Assembly (NCBI GenBank): GCA_963664115.2
Contig: CAXWPJ010000012.1
Coordinates: 224,001-288,000, forward strand
Origin: Terriglobia bacterium
Lineage (GTDB): Bacteria; Acidobacteriota; Terriglobia; 20CM-2-55-15
Direction: 5' to 3'
Length of the DNA: 64,000 nt
Position numbers and translations under genes: made by a program. Positions 40,577-51,197 of this stretch are shown piece after piece. The notes under the pieces were generated by a model. It was given only the letters and a program-made list of their open reading frames with translations. It searched no databases and had not been told where the DNA came from. The stretch's first letter is position 1. Every line of letters begins with the position of its first letter.

Positions 40577-41884
40577 ATGGCAGACAAACCGAAGAAACCG
40601 GAATTCATTCCCGTCAACGAAGATGATCTCCAACCCGGTCATCGCTGGCACCGGCCGCTTCAGGCACCGGGCACGACACAGGTCGATTTCGAGGAGCGCG
40701 TCGATTTTCGACGCTTGCACCGGTATCGCCTGGCACGCACACGCCAGCAACTCGCAAATTCGGGGCTGGGCGCGGTGCTCTGCTTCGAGCAGGCCAACAT
40801 CCGCTACGTTTCAAGCACGGTCATCGGTGAGTGGGCGCGTGACAAGTTGCTCCGGTATTGCCTGCTCACGGGCACCGGTGACCCCTGGGTCTGGGACATG
40901 GGTTCGGCGGTACTCCACCACAAACTCAACTGCCCGTGGCTCCGGGAAGATCACATGCTTCCCGGCAATCCGGGAATGCGCGGCGCAATCGAGCCCGAGG
41001 TCGGTTTGTTCAAGCTCGCGGCAAAGGAGATCAAGGAGATTCTTCGGAAGGAAGGCGTTGCCGACATGCCGCTGGGCGTCGATCTGGCCGAGCTCCCGAT
41101 GGTATTCGCCTTGCAGGAAGAAGGCATCGATGTGCGTGACGGCCAGCAGACGATGCTCAACGCACGCGTGATCAAGAGCCACGACGAGATCACACTTCTC
41201 AACATCGCAGCGAGCATGGTTGACGGCGTGTACACGGACATCGCTGAAGCTCTCAAGCCGGGAGTCAAGGAAAGCCAGATCGTATCGCTCGCGGCAGGGC
41301 GCTTGTACGAAATGGGATCGGACTGCGTTGAAGCGATCAACGCTATTTCCGGAGAGCGCTGCAGCCCGCATCCGCATAATTTCACCGATAGGCTGATCCG
41401 TCCGGGCGATCAGGCTTACTTCGACATCATCCACTCCTTTATGGGCTACCGTACCTGTTATTACCGCACCTTCACCGTCGGCAGCTCGACGCCCGCGCAG
41501 CGAGACGCGTACAAGCGCGCGCGGGAGTGGATCGACGGTACCATTTCCATGCTCCGGCCCGGTGTCGGCACCGACGAGGCGGCCAAGATGCTTCCCGAGG
41601 CCTCCGAGATCGGTTTCGAGAGCGAGATGTCAGCCTACGGTCTCAACTTCGCCCACGGCCTGGGACTGTCGTTACACGAGCGCCCGCTGATTTCGAGAGT
41701 GAACTCGCTCATCAAGCCCAATGAGTTGCAGGCGGGCATGGTGTTCGCGGTCGAGACTTTCTGTCCGGCCACAGACGGAGTTTCCGCAGCGCGAATCGAG
41801 GAAGAGGTTGTGTTGACGCCCGAAGGAGCCAAGATCATCACGCTGTTCCCGGCACAGGAATTGCCCGTCGCAAATCCCAATTGA
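40577..41884 (+). CDS. Xaa-Pro aminopeptidase-like (M24) protein
   Basis: GGAGG RBS; IKS..EI, HGLGLSLHERP, MVFAVE, ARIEEEV. Confidence 0.9.
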   Translation: MADKPKKPEFIPVNEDDLQPGHRWHRPLQAPGTTQVDFEERVDFRRLHRYRLARTRQQLANSGLGAVLCFEQANIRYVSSTVIGEWARDKLLRYCLLTGTGDPWVWDMGSAVLHHKLNCPWLREDHMLPGNPGMRGAIEPEVGLFKLAAKEIKEILRKEGVADMPLGVDLAELPMVFALQEEGIDVRDGQQTMLNARVIKSHDEITLLNIAASMVDGVYTDIAEALKPGVKESQIVSLAAGRLYEMGSDCVEAINAISGERCSPHPHNFTDRLIRPGDQAYFDIIHSFMGYRTCYYRTFTVGSSTPAQRDAYKRAREWIDGTISMLRPGVGTDEAAKMLPEASEIGFESEMSAYGLNFAHGLGLSLHERPLISRVNSLIKPNELQAGMVFAVETFCPATDGVSAARIEEEVVLTPEGAKIITLFPAQELPVANPN

Positions 41885-41912
41885 TCGGCCCGGGTTCGCA
41901 GGCATTGCGGAT

Positions 41913-42080
41913 GACGGAAGGCTGCTTTATATATCAAGCCTTGGATTCACAGTCTGTCTGAGACTGACGGTCAGTCAAACCTTCGTCAAAGAGCTGAAGA
42001 ACGGGGAAGTTTTTCTCCAGAAGCCGGTCTCGATGGACGACCTGAGGGAAACGGTCCAAACAATTCTGGAGCGTGGCTGA
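41913..42080 (+). pseudogene. C-terminal remnant of a response-regulator receiver domain
   Basis: RLLYISS...FLQKPVSMDDLRETVQTILERG*, no start codon. Confidence 0.5.
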
Positions 42081-42286
42081 GGCCAATGCGTTGCTCACCG
42101 CCCCCAACAAGCCGTTTGCGGATTCTGACGTTCGGACGCTGAAGGACATCTTGACGCGTGCAGATGAGGATGCACCCTCACCTCAAAACATCAGGGTCCT
42201 GAACGGGTTTCAGAACCGGCCGCAGGGGGGCCATCGCCACAGTCAATGGTAATTGTTACACTCCAGGAGACGCTGGAGATCTCCCA

Positions 42287-42658
42287 ATGCTAGTCGCGGT
42301 CCTGCTCTTCGGGGCAGCAATCACATTGTTGGCGATTCTGGGCTTGGCGAGCCCGGGAAAGCTCAGAAACTTCGTCAGTGGGTTTGGGCGTTCACGGAAT
42401 GGGTTCTACTTCGCTATCGGAATCAGACTGGTCTTTGGAATCATGCTGATCGGGGCCGCGTCCGAATCCCGATTTCCTTTAGGTTTTCAAGTTCTTGGCT
42501 TCGTTTCGTTAGTGGGCGCAGCCGCCGTAGCCATTATCGGGCAAGTCCGAGTGCAACGAATGGTCGAATGGGCGAACGCCCGATCCGATGTCGTCATTCG
42601 TGCATGGGCCCTATGCGCCGCCGCTTTCGGCGCGTTCCTCGTCTATGGAGCTATGTAG
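42287..42658 (+). CDS. Small 4-TM membrane protein
   Basis: GGAG RBS, four hydrophobic helices. Confidence 0.75.
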   Translation: MLVAVLLFGAAITLLAILGLASPGKLRNFVSGFGRSRNGFYFAIGIRLVFGIMLIGAASESRFPLGFQVLGFVSLVGAAAVAIIGQVRVQRMVEWANARSDVVIRAWALCAAAFGAFLVYGAM

Positions 42659-42728
42659 GCCAGGTTTGGGAAATGTGCCGATGCCATCCATCAAGCGGTC
42701 CGGACCCTCATAACGGCAGGAGGTTGAG

Positions 42729-43793
42729 ATGTTCACTGCTCGGTATTTCACAGCCCGAATGACATTCGTGATCGGGATTGCTGCGATTCTTTCGATGGGG
42801 AGTCTGTCCGTCGCTCTCGCGCAGACCGAACCGCCTTCGGAGCCTCCCCCCGACTGGGGACCGACGGCCATCGACTATAGCAACGTTCCCTACCCGCATC
42901 CGGTGAGCTATCTCGATGTGAGCCTCAAGGGTGAAGACTATCGCATGGCCTACATGGATGTGGCGCCGCTTGGGCAAGCGAACGGCCAGACTGTGATCCT
43001 CTTCCACGGCATGAACTTCTTCGCGGCAGCGTTCGAAGTGACTATCGATGCCTTACGCAACGAGGGCTTTCGCGTCATCGCTGTGGACCGCCTTGGCTTC
43101 GGACGCTCGTCGAAGCCGGACATCCACTACAACCTCCACATGCCCGCCCGGCATACGAAACAGCTGCTGGACTATCTCGGAATCGAACGCACAGCGATCC
43201 TGGGACACTCGATGGGCGGCATGGTGGCGACGCGATTTGCGTCGACCTATCCGGAAACGACTTCACACCTCGTTCTGGTGAACCAGATCGGCTTGACCGA
43301 CACCCGCCCCGGACGCGAGTGGATCGACCCGCAAGAGGCGTACCAGACGGCGTTGGCCACCACCTATCAGTCGGTGCTCCAAGGACATCGCCGATATTAC
43401 CCGAGAGGCTGGAAGCCCGAGTATCTACATTGGGTGTGGGTTCAATACGGTCTCACCTTGAGCGGTGATTGGCCCCGCATGGCGCGGGTCCGGGCGGCGC
43501 AAAGGATGATCATTTACGAGGACCCCGTCGTCCACGAGTGGCCCTACATCCCCACGAAAGCCCTGGTCATCGGGGGGGCAGAGGACAGGCTCGTGGAGAA
43601 CTACCCGGCGCGTGCGCGTAACGTCGCCCGGCAGCTCCAGAACGCCGAGCTCGTCATCTTCCCCGAGGTCGGACATGCCCCTGCGTTTGACAATCCTGAC
43701 GAGTATCACGCGGAAGTAATCCGCTTCCTGCAGTCTGACCCGGACGCAGCCGCAGATCAGTCCTGGACAGACTCGGACGTCGGCGTGCGCTAG
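42729..43793 (+). CDS. Secreted alpha/beta hydrolase
   Basis: Signal peptide, FHG, D..GFGRSSKP, GHSMGG, GHAP. Confidence 0.92.
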   Translation: MFTARYFTARMTFVIGIAAILSMGSLSVALAQTEPPSEPPPDWGPTAIDYSNVPYPHPVSYLDVSLKGEDYRMAYMDVAPLGQANGQTVILFHGMNFFAAAFEVTIDALRNEGFRVIAVDRLGFGRSSKPDIHYNLHMPARHTKQLLDYLGIERTAILGHSMGGMVATRFASTYPETTSHLVLVNQIGLTDTRPGREWIDPQEAYQTALATTYQSVLQGHRRYYPRGWKPEYLHWVWVQYGLTLSGDWPRMARVRAAQRMIIYEDPVVHEWPYIPTKALVIGGAEDRLVENYPARARNVARQLQNAELVIFPEVGHAPAFDNPDEYHAEVIRFLQSDPDAAADQSWTDSDVGVR

Positions 43794-43898
43794 TGTGTTG
43801 TGAACTCTTTGTGCAGTTAGAGACGATCCCGCCCCAGGTGAACGTCGTCGAGAACGGGATTGAGGAACTGTAGCAAACGGCGCCGGTGGGGCAGCAGC

Positions 43899-45095
43899 TC
43901 AGGGTCGTTGGCCTCGCCCGCTGCGCATCTCGTCGAAGGTCAGAAAGCCGTCGCCATTCGCGTCCAGCATCCGGAACATCGCCTCGGGGCCCGTCCACTC
44001 ATCTGAAGAAACCTGTCCGTCACCGTTGGCATCGATGCTCTGGAAGCGAGCCCCGGGATCACCGCCACGCGCTCCCCGTAGCGGTCGACCTCCGCGGGCC
44101 AGACCGGCACCGGCCCTTAGTTCTTCCTCTGCCAAGACGCCGTCACCGTTCTCGTCGAGCAACTCGAACATCGGATCGGGACCGGGGAACTCCTCGGGTG
44201 AGATCCGACCATCGCTGTTGGTGTCCATGCTCTCAAATCGCGCCTGAGGGTTTCCGCCCCGGCCTCGACCACCGAAAGCGCCGCCCTGGATTTCGTCTCG
44301 GGTGAGATAGCCGTCGTCGTTCGTGTCAAAACGGTCGAATGCGTCTCGGTCGCCTTGCCATTCGTCGGCCGAAATCTGGCCGTCCTCATCCGTATCCATG
44401 ACGCCCATTCCCTGGCCGTCGGCCCTCGGTCCCTGGAATCGTCCGCCCCCACCCTGCCGTCCCCGTCCGAACGACCTCTGCACGGGTTGCTGGCCATAGG
44501 GTGTGATGCCGCCCTCCATGGCCACTTCAAGTGCTGCCATGGCTTCGGGAACATTGAAGCCCGCAGGACCGGGAAGCCCCTTGTAGGAAACCCGGCCATC
44601 GCTGCCGATAATGTAGATGCGGTCCGGGAATGCCGCGTAAGCGTTGGCCACGCGGTCGTCGATCTTGTCGAGGATGGTTGGCAGGGTCACCTGTAACGCA
44701 ATCGTACAGAGTTCGGCTGCCTCTCTGCGTTCCGCATCGGTGGTCGGTTGTTCGATCAACACACCTTCGAGGACGTTTCCAACTCCGAGATTCCCGTCGA
44801 CGGGATGGGCTTCGCGGATATAAACAAAGAAGAAGTTGACCCGGTCCTTGTTGTCCTGGTACCAGTTTTCGATGTCGCCGACATCGCGCCTGAACGGACC
44901 TCAGGTATAGCTGGCGAACACCAGTGCGGTGGGTCTTCCCTGAAATTCGGAAAGAGTGATGGCCTGACTGCCGTCTTTAGTATTGAGCGTGAAGTCGGGT
45001 GCCTCATCCCCCGGCATGGGGCCCTGCCCCTGTCTCTGGCCCATTCCCGTCGCCGAGACAGCAAGCAGAAAAACTAAGATTTGCAGAACTCTCAT
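43899..45095 (-). CDS. Secreted deiodinase-like selenoprotein (Sec65) fused to six EF-hands, 398 aa
   Basis: Signal peptide; APDFTL...RPTALVFASYT-TGA(44903-44901)-GPF...YIREAHPVDG...AYAAFPDRIY...GPAGF, in frame with track ORF 43899-44762; six DxxxDG EF loops. Confidence 0.92.
44870..44886 (-). promoter_or_regulatory. Candidate SECIS hairpin
   Basis: CGATGTC-GGC-GACATCG at +15..+31 after UGA. Confidence 0.72.
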
Positions 45096-45194
45096 CGCTG
45101 GACCCCCGAACCTCTCAAGTCGATGCGACCTTGCCTGACCGAACTATATTGACAGTGTAACCGCGCTGTTGGGCCTCAGTACGCGGGCTGAATT

Positions 45195-46055
45195 TCAATC
45201 TCCGCCGTACCGGTTGGAGGGACTCCCCTCCCCATTCATCGGCGCACAGAGCAGGTCGTTGATTCCCGAGAACAATCCGTACCAGCCAAAATTGTTGACC
45301 GGACGAGCGTCGCGCGCCTCTCTTTTCCATGTCTTTATGTCGGAAATCCAGGGCTCGGTGTAATACGCCGGGTCGTCCATGATTAGTTCAAGCTCGATCG
45401 TGTTTTCTTCAGTCAGCGTGTACCGCTCCCTAAACCGAACCGCGTCACTCTTTGGATAACCTGAGGCAGAGAGCCAGGCTCGGCCATCGAGACCGACTGT
45501 CTCAACGACAAGCGTGTTTCCTTCCCAGTGACCGACCGACATTCCCATCCACCCCACCCCGATGTTCGCCAGATTGTCTCCCGAAGGCAGTTCCCGCCCG
45601 TCCATCCAGATCTCGCGTAGCATGCGTTCCTCTTGCCAGATCTGCAGAATTCGGTCCGGAAGCACGATCACTTCGTGATGATCATGGTTGCGGTCGACGA
45701 TGATCCCCGGAAAACCTTTTGGATTACACGTCAGGGCAGGATAGTTGGAATCGGCGGGGTCAGGGGTAATACGAGTCGGAAGATACGTCTCCATCCGCGC
45801 CACGCCTTCCGGCGTCAGGGGAGGGTTCGAGCCATCCGGGCCGTGCCCCCCACTGCCGCCAACCCGGAACCAGATGCCAGAGAAATCGCGCGCATCATAA
45901 GAGGAGTTGTAGGGTGATTCTACAAAGTATTCTCGCGGCAGGTTCCCTGAAGCGTCGAGAATCAGACGTTGAGCCGCCGCGACTCCGGTGACGGCTATGG
46001 AGCCGAAACACAGCACTGCCAAAGGCAACACAAAACTCACGTGACGAATTTTCAT
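45195..46055 (-). CDS. Secreted hypothetical protein sharing a domain with 47758-48768
   Basis: AGGAG RBS, signal peptide, DFSGIW, C.P.G, MG.SVGHWEGNTLVVET. Confidence 0.8.
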   Translation of the reverse strand: MKIRHVSFVLPLAVLCFGSIAVTGVAAAQRLILDASGNLPREYFVESPYNSSYDARDFSGIWFRVGGSGGHGPDGSNPPLTPEGVARMETYLPTRITPDPADSNYPALTCNPKGFPGIIVDRNHDHHEVIVLPDRILQIWQEERMLREIWMDGRELPSGDNLANIGVGWMGMSVGHWEGNTLVVETVGLDGRAWLSASGYPKSDAVRFRERYTLTEENTIELELIMDDPAYYTEPWISDIKTWKREARDARPVNNFGWYGLFSGINDLLCAPMNGEGSPSNRYGGD

Positions 46056-46393
46056 TTGGGACTCCTAATCCGCACTCCTATTTTGGCTCGGTTTTCGTGC
46101 TCTTGAGGTTACCCGACTCGTCGATGTCGATCAACGGTTTCCCCTCGAGGCGGCCGACACCGAGACCAACATCGGCCTGAACCGCTTTGCAGAACCCAAG
46201 GAACGGGTGCCACTGCTTTGATTTTGAGTTCAAGGTAACGACGAATCGTTCTTCGCGGACATTGAGCCGATAGTTTCCCAGAAGGCGACTTCTGGGGACC
46301 CGAACCATGGCTCTTTAGAAGGGCCATCACGGAGGTCAGGCGAATCTCCGAAGTTCACGCGCCATCGCCAAATGGTATGCACGTTCGGGCGGG

Positions 46394-47452
46394 TCAGTCT
46401 TGTCGGGAGCCTCCGAAATACTCCTCTCGATGCCGAACGCGGTAGGCTGGGTCTCTCGTGACGACCTCGATCCTATGCCACTGACCGTCGGCGAGGGAAT
46501 GTCCAGGATAGTATCCGATGCTGTACTGATTCCTGAGTTCGTCGGCGAGTTCGTCGAGGGCTTCCGAGATCTGATTTCGTCGACTGTTGTCCGAGAATCC
46601 CGAAACCAGCCAGGTCCGGCCGCCGCTTATTCTGCCGAATAGTTCTAAAACATCCATGTTCAGTATGTCTCGGGGAACCGTCGTACCGGTCGTTCTCGGA
46701 CCGGTAGGCACGCCGCCAGGAAACGTTGGCGGTGAGCCCCCTGGGAACGGAATTCCTATGGTCGTCCTCGGACCGGTGGCCCCTCCGGTGGGAAACGTCG
46801 GCGGGGTAGCCCCCACTCGCCCGCGGACAACGTTCTCCTGCTCGGGCGCGATGCCCAAGGCGTAGACCATCACTTCTGACTCGCGAACATAACGCTGTGC
46901 CCGCTCGAATGACGTGGTGCTCGCGGTGTCTTCACCGTCGCTGATCAGGAGGATCGCTTTCTTGTCGTGTTTCCCATCCCGAATGTGGTCGACACCCAGA
47001 GCGAGAGCGTCGTAGAGCGCGGTGCCGCCACCCACCCGCACTCTCCGAAGGCCGTTCGCCAAACGGCCCCGGTCGTCAGTGAAATCTTGAATGAGCCGAG
47101 CTCGGTCGTTGAAAGTGATCAGGAAGATCTCGTCATCCGGGTGGATCTGCCTCAAAAACCGCTCGACAGCTTCGGTGGCCGTGTCGATCTTCCGCTCCAT
47201 GCTCCCGCTGGTGTCCAGAAGGACGCCAACGCTCACTGGAAGATCATCCGACTGCGCGAAATGGTCGATGAACTGCACCTCTCCATCTTCGTAGAGGATG
47301 AAATCCTCCGGGATGAGGTCCGCGACATAGCGGCCCCGGTCGTCGAGCACAGTGGCGACCACGTTCACAAGCCCCACATCGACGGTGAGCTGCGCTGCAG
47401 ACAAGACTCCTGCAACAGCCGCCAAGAGAACGATTGGAAGTATCCGGCTCAT
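46394..47452 (-). CDS. Secreted VWFA-related protein (Acidobacterial type)
   Basis: LV.V.ATV.D..G, EDG, LDTSGSM, GGTALYDA, ISDGED, LRNQYSIGY. Confidence 0.9.
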   Translation of the reverse strand: MSRILPIVLLAAVAGVLSAAQLTVDVGLVNVVATVLDDRGRYVADLIPEDFILYEDGEVQFIDHFAQSDDLPVSVGVLLDTSGSMERKIDTATEAVERFLRQIHPDDEIFLITFNDRARLIQDFTDDRGRLANGLRRVRVGGGTALYDALALGVDHIRDGKHDKKAILLISDGEDTASTTSFERAQRYVRESEVMVYALGIAPEQENVVRGRVGATPPTFPTGGATGPRTTIGIPFPGGSPPTFPGGVPTGPRTTGTTVPRDILNMDVLELFGRISGGRTWLVSGFSDNSRRNQISEALDELADELRNQYSIGYYPGHSLADGQWHRIEVVTRDPAYRVRHREEYFGGSRQD

Positions 47453-47757
47453 GAGTGCCTCCCGGTATCCGTTGGGCCTTTAGACCTCGGGAGTGGCCAT
47501 TGGTTTAGTCATTTGTGCGACTAACGTGATGTTTCCCAAGGCGATTTTTGAGGTCAAGTCCCGCGAAATCATCTCGTGGTACGTTGAGCATTACAAAAAA
47601 TGTGGAACTTGAGCCTTTTCTTGCCAATAACCCTTCGACCTCGATAGACTTACCGGAATTTCTCTGTTCTATTTGGCTGCATACAACCGGTCGTTGGAGG
47701 GGAACTGATTTGGCGTCCGTTTCACTGGAACGTTCACGAAATCCTTGGGGGAAAGAC

Positions 47758-48768
47758 ATGCGTCATCCGCGGTTTCTTTGTGCAAGCATCGCCTTACTAT
47801 TGGCTATCGGGCCGATAGCCGCCGCTGCTCATCACTCCGTTGCTGCGCTCTTTGATAGGGATGCGATCATCGAAGCTGAGGGGGAGCTTACTCGTGTGTT
47901 CTGGAGGAATCCGCATGTCCGAATCTGGATGACGGATGCCAACGGAAAAGACTGGCAAATCGAATCGGGCTCTGTTGCTACATTGGAGCGATATGGGATA
48001 ACACGTAATCTATTTGTTGAAGGTCAGATAATCAGAACCGCGGGCAATCCCTCCAGGCGATCGGACGACTCCTTGTACGCAACAAATGTTTTGTTGTCGG
48101 ATGGTAGAGAAGTGCTCATGGGCTTGAACGCAACGGCCCGCTGGTCAAACGAGACCATTGATTTCGAGGAGCGCGATCCGTTAGCAGTGGCCAGCGTGAT
48201 AGCGGCCGAAGAAAGCGCCGATGGGATCTTTCGAGTCTGGAGTACCTCCGAGCCTCAGCGATGGACCGTAAATTTCACCGAGGCGGCAGAGGCCGATAGA
48301 GCCGCGTGGGACGCGATCCGGGATGATCCAAGGTTGCGGTGTATAGCGCCTGGCATGGTGGATGCCATGGTGTCCCCTTATCCGATAGAGCTCGCACTAG
48401 AGAGTGACGACACAATCGTCATCCGGATGGAAGAGTGGGACGGAGTGCGACGGGTTCACATGAACACGCCGAGCCCCGCTGACAACCCTCCGGCAACCGC
48501 GATGGGATACTCGGTGGGTCACTGGGAGAGTAACACCCTAGTTGTGTCGACAAATCGCATCAACTGGCCTTATTTTGACAACGAGGGGACCCCCCAGAGC
48601 GAAGACGTCGAGATCACTGAGCGTTTCACGCTGAGCGAAGACGAGCAGAGTATGAGTTGGGAGGCGATCATAATCGACCCGGCAAACCTGTCTGAGCCTG
48701 CTGTTGTCCGGTTGGGCTACACTTGGGTACCCGGGGAGGAGATTAAGGAATTTAACTGCGCTCTTTGA
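47758..48768 (+). CDS. DUF6152-like secreted protein with C-terminal domain
   Basis: AHHSVAALFD after signal peptide, WRNPH, MGYSVGHWE.NTLVV, terminal C. Confidence 0.82.
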   Translation: MRHPRFLCASIALLLAIGPIAAAAHHSVAALFDRDAIIEAEGELTRVFWRNPHVRIWMTDANGKDWQIESGSVATLERYGITRNLFVEGQIIRTAGNPSRRSDDSLYATNVLLSDGREVLMGLNATARWSNETIDFEERDPLAVASVIAAEESADGIFRVWSTSEPQRWTVNFTEAAEADRAAWDAIRDDPRLRCIAPGMVDAMVSPYPIELALESDDTIVIRMEEWDGVRRVHMNTPSPADNPPATAMGYSVGHWESNTLVVSTNRINWPYFDNEGTPQSEDVEITERFTLSEDEQSMSWEAIIIDPANLSEPAVVRLGYTWVPGEEIKEFNCAL

Positions 48769-49097
48769 ATGAAGAGTAGCGAACCGTAGCTGATCAACCG
48801 CAAGGTGTTGTCCCTACCGTTCCTGATTCCTTGAAATCAACATCGCTTTGAACTGATTTGAAGAACTGAAAGAACGAATGCCAGTCCGCCGTTTTCGAGT
48901 TCAAGGTAGCTAACAATTATCTTTTCGGAAGTTGACAAACCCGAAACGCTAAGTTTCTGAGTTCCCGACGGACCAGTTTCCCATGGCTGGAGAGTTTTCT
49001 TGCCTACACCTCCAGCCTGTAGTTAACTTTGACGCTGATTCATCGTTGCACGGCTAGATCAGCCGGCTTTGTTTCGCTGCTTGTCAAGGAGGCTCCT

Positions 49098-50042
49098 ATG
49101 AGACGAATCGCATGCATCATTGTCCTGGGATCGCTTTCGATCCTCTCCATCGGAGCCCAGCCTCAAGTGGGCCAGGGCCCGGATTGGGCATTCCAGCGCA
49201 CCGAACCTGACGGGCCCACGAGTCCTGAGGAGACTGGACCGGTCAGCACACCCGGTAGCGCGATAACCTACACGCGTGAACAGATCGGAGATCTGTCCAA
49301 TCCGCCCGACTGGTTCCCCGAGGAGAACGCGCCCAAGCCGGACATCATTCTCCGGGGACATGGAGCGGCATTCGCCTGCGGCTCCTGCCATCTGATGAGT
49401 GGACTCGGCCATCCTGAATCCGCCGATCTCGCAGGTCTTCCAAGTTCATATATCGTTCGACAGCTCGAGGACTTCAGGAGCGGTGTGCGCTTGGACTTTT
49501 CCCGGATGAACACCATCGCGGCGGCAATGACGGATGAGGAGATGCGGCAAGCGGCCGACTGGTTCTCAAGTTTGAGGCCCACCCCCTGGAACAGAGTCGT
49601 CGAAACCGATACCGTGCCGAGGACCTATGTCGGCGAAGGCCGCATGCGCTTCGCTCAACCGGATGGAACGACGGAGCCGATCGGCAACCGCATCATCACG
49701 TTGCCCGAAGACCCTGCCCGGGCCAGGAACCGCGACCCGAAGTCGGGCTTCATCGCCTACGTGCCTCCCGGAACGCTCGCCCGGGGAGAAGATCTGGTGA
49801 GGAATGGGGCCGGGGGCAGGACGATCGCGTGCACCATCTGTCACGGCGACGACCTCCGGGGTCTGGCCGACGTGCCGCGGCTCGCCGGCCTCCATTCGAT
49901 CTACCTCGCCCGCCAGCTTCATCTCTATCAGAACGGCGAGAGAGACGGTCTCGGCGCCGAGCTGATGGACCAGCCCATGGAGCAGCTGGACGACGAAGAC
50001 ATCGTGGCGATTTCGGCGTATCTCGGTTCCTTGGCTCCCTGA
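49098..50042 (+). CDS. Periplasmic di-heme cytochrome c (c4/c553-like)
   Basis: AGGAGG RBS, signal peptide, CGSCH and CTICH, LAGL...Y..RQL. Confidence 0.9.
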   Translation: MRRIACIIVLGSLSILSIGAQPQVGQGPDWAFQRTEPDGPTSPEETGPVSTPGSAITYTREQIGDLSNPPDWFPEENAPKPDIILRGHGAAFACGSCHLMSGLGHPESADLAGLPSSYIVRQLEDFRSGVRLDFSRMNTIAAAMTDEEMRQAADWFSSLRPTPWNRVVETDTVPRTYVGEGRMRFAQPDGTTEPIGNRIITLPEDPARARNRDPKSGFIAYVPPGTLARGEDLVRNGAGGRTIACTICHGDDLRGLADVPRLAGLHSIYLARQLHLYQNGERDGLGAELMDQPMEQLDDEDIVAISAYLGSLAP

Positions 50043-50084
50043 GGTCATCCAACCTGGCGGAGAGTTCATAGTAAGGGTAGGGTG

Positions 50085-50287
50085 GGCGGCAGCGAAGACG
50101 GCTCCGTTTCGCCGTAGCCCTCTGCACGCAGGGGTCTTCGGGTTGCAGGCGCGAAGTGAGGAGCGGCCACCGAGGTTTGAAACCGAGGCCGCGGGCGGCG
50201 TCTTATCATCGTGACCGACGAGGGACAAAGCCTGTGGCCCGAAACCCCCAGCGCGCGGCCCTCGACACTTCTGCGACGGGCTGTTAG
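50085..50287. mobile_element. MITE-like remnant A (middle plus right end)
   Basis: 50254-50287 is 31/34 inverted-identical to 54005-54038; 50085-50121 is 33/37 directly identical to 54130-54166. Confidence 0.7.
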
Positions 50288-50733
50288 GTCGCTTTCGTTT
50301 TACGATTGTCCAGAGCCAGCCAGTTGTATCGGCGAAACGCCAACAAAATCCAGCAGTACACCCCGTAGTGCATCATGAGATGCGCGCCTTCCCAGTTCTG
50401 TCGCACAGTATGTCCATACATCAGGACGGTAAAGAGCAAGAGGCTTCCCAGTACCGCCCGCTGGGTCAATAAACCGAGGAGGAGACACGTACCGATGATA
50501 AATTCGACGAATGGGATCAGATAAAGGGCAAAATGAACCATTGGCATCGGCAAATAAGTATTAACGAAGGTCTCTGCCAACGGCTGTTCCCATGCGGTGA
50601 TGCCGGTGAGAAATCGCATCAGCCCATGATTAAACAAATTCATCCCCAAAAAGATGCGCAGGAACAAGTAACCGAGTTCCATGTTCCTGGGAGATCCTGG
50701 ACCCGCAAATCGATCCTCTAAAATACTCGTCAT
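50284..50733 (-). CDS. DoxX-family membrane protein
   Basis: LRIFLG....HG, E...G..LLLGL; AAGG RBS. Confidence 0.85.
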   Translation of the reverse strand: MTSILEDRFAGPGSPRNMELGYLFLRIFLGMNLFNHGLMRFLTGITAWEQPLAETFVNTYLPMPMVHFALYLIPFVEFIIGTCLLLGLLTQRAVLGSLLLFTVLMYGHTVRQNWEGAHLMMHYGVYCWILLAFRRYNWLALDNRKTKAT

Positions 50734-51197
50734 TGTTTTCCCTTTCCTTTCTATGCTGCCGCCGAACAACGGCGCTCGGCGTGTTTAGCGTCTCGCTGCG
50801 GAACAGCGGCCGAGTTTGCACTCGGATTCCATGGTCAAGAGTCTGTCAAACTAAGACTTAGATAGTGGGACGCAGTTTACTAGGACAAGTAGACCGAGGC
50901 GAAACGAAATTTCATATTGCCCACCAAATTGCCAGAAGGGAGCTTGCAGCCAGCCACGGTGGACGCGATTGTGACGCGCCTCGGAACCATCTGCGGTGAC
51001 ATCGTGCCCATCGTCGGCGACCCGATCTCTGACCCTTAGTCGCAGTGCACATCTCTCACAAATCGCTAAGGAAGGCGGTAAAAGTTCACAAAGACCGACG
51101 CGACCGATATACTGCGATCGATGCGTTCGTGAGACCGGAAGGTTTCGGGCGAATGAACTGGAGGCACAAATTTCTGGGCGCAGGAAGGGACCATATC

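Noticed and set aside
46078-46330. Short ORFs between the 45195-46055 gene and the vWA gene
   Set aside because: No motif or clear RBS; cannot be supported as genes.
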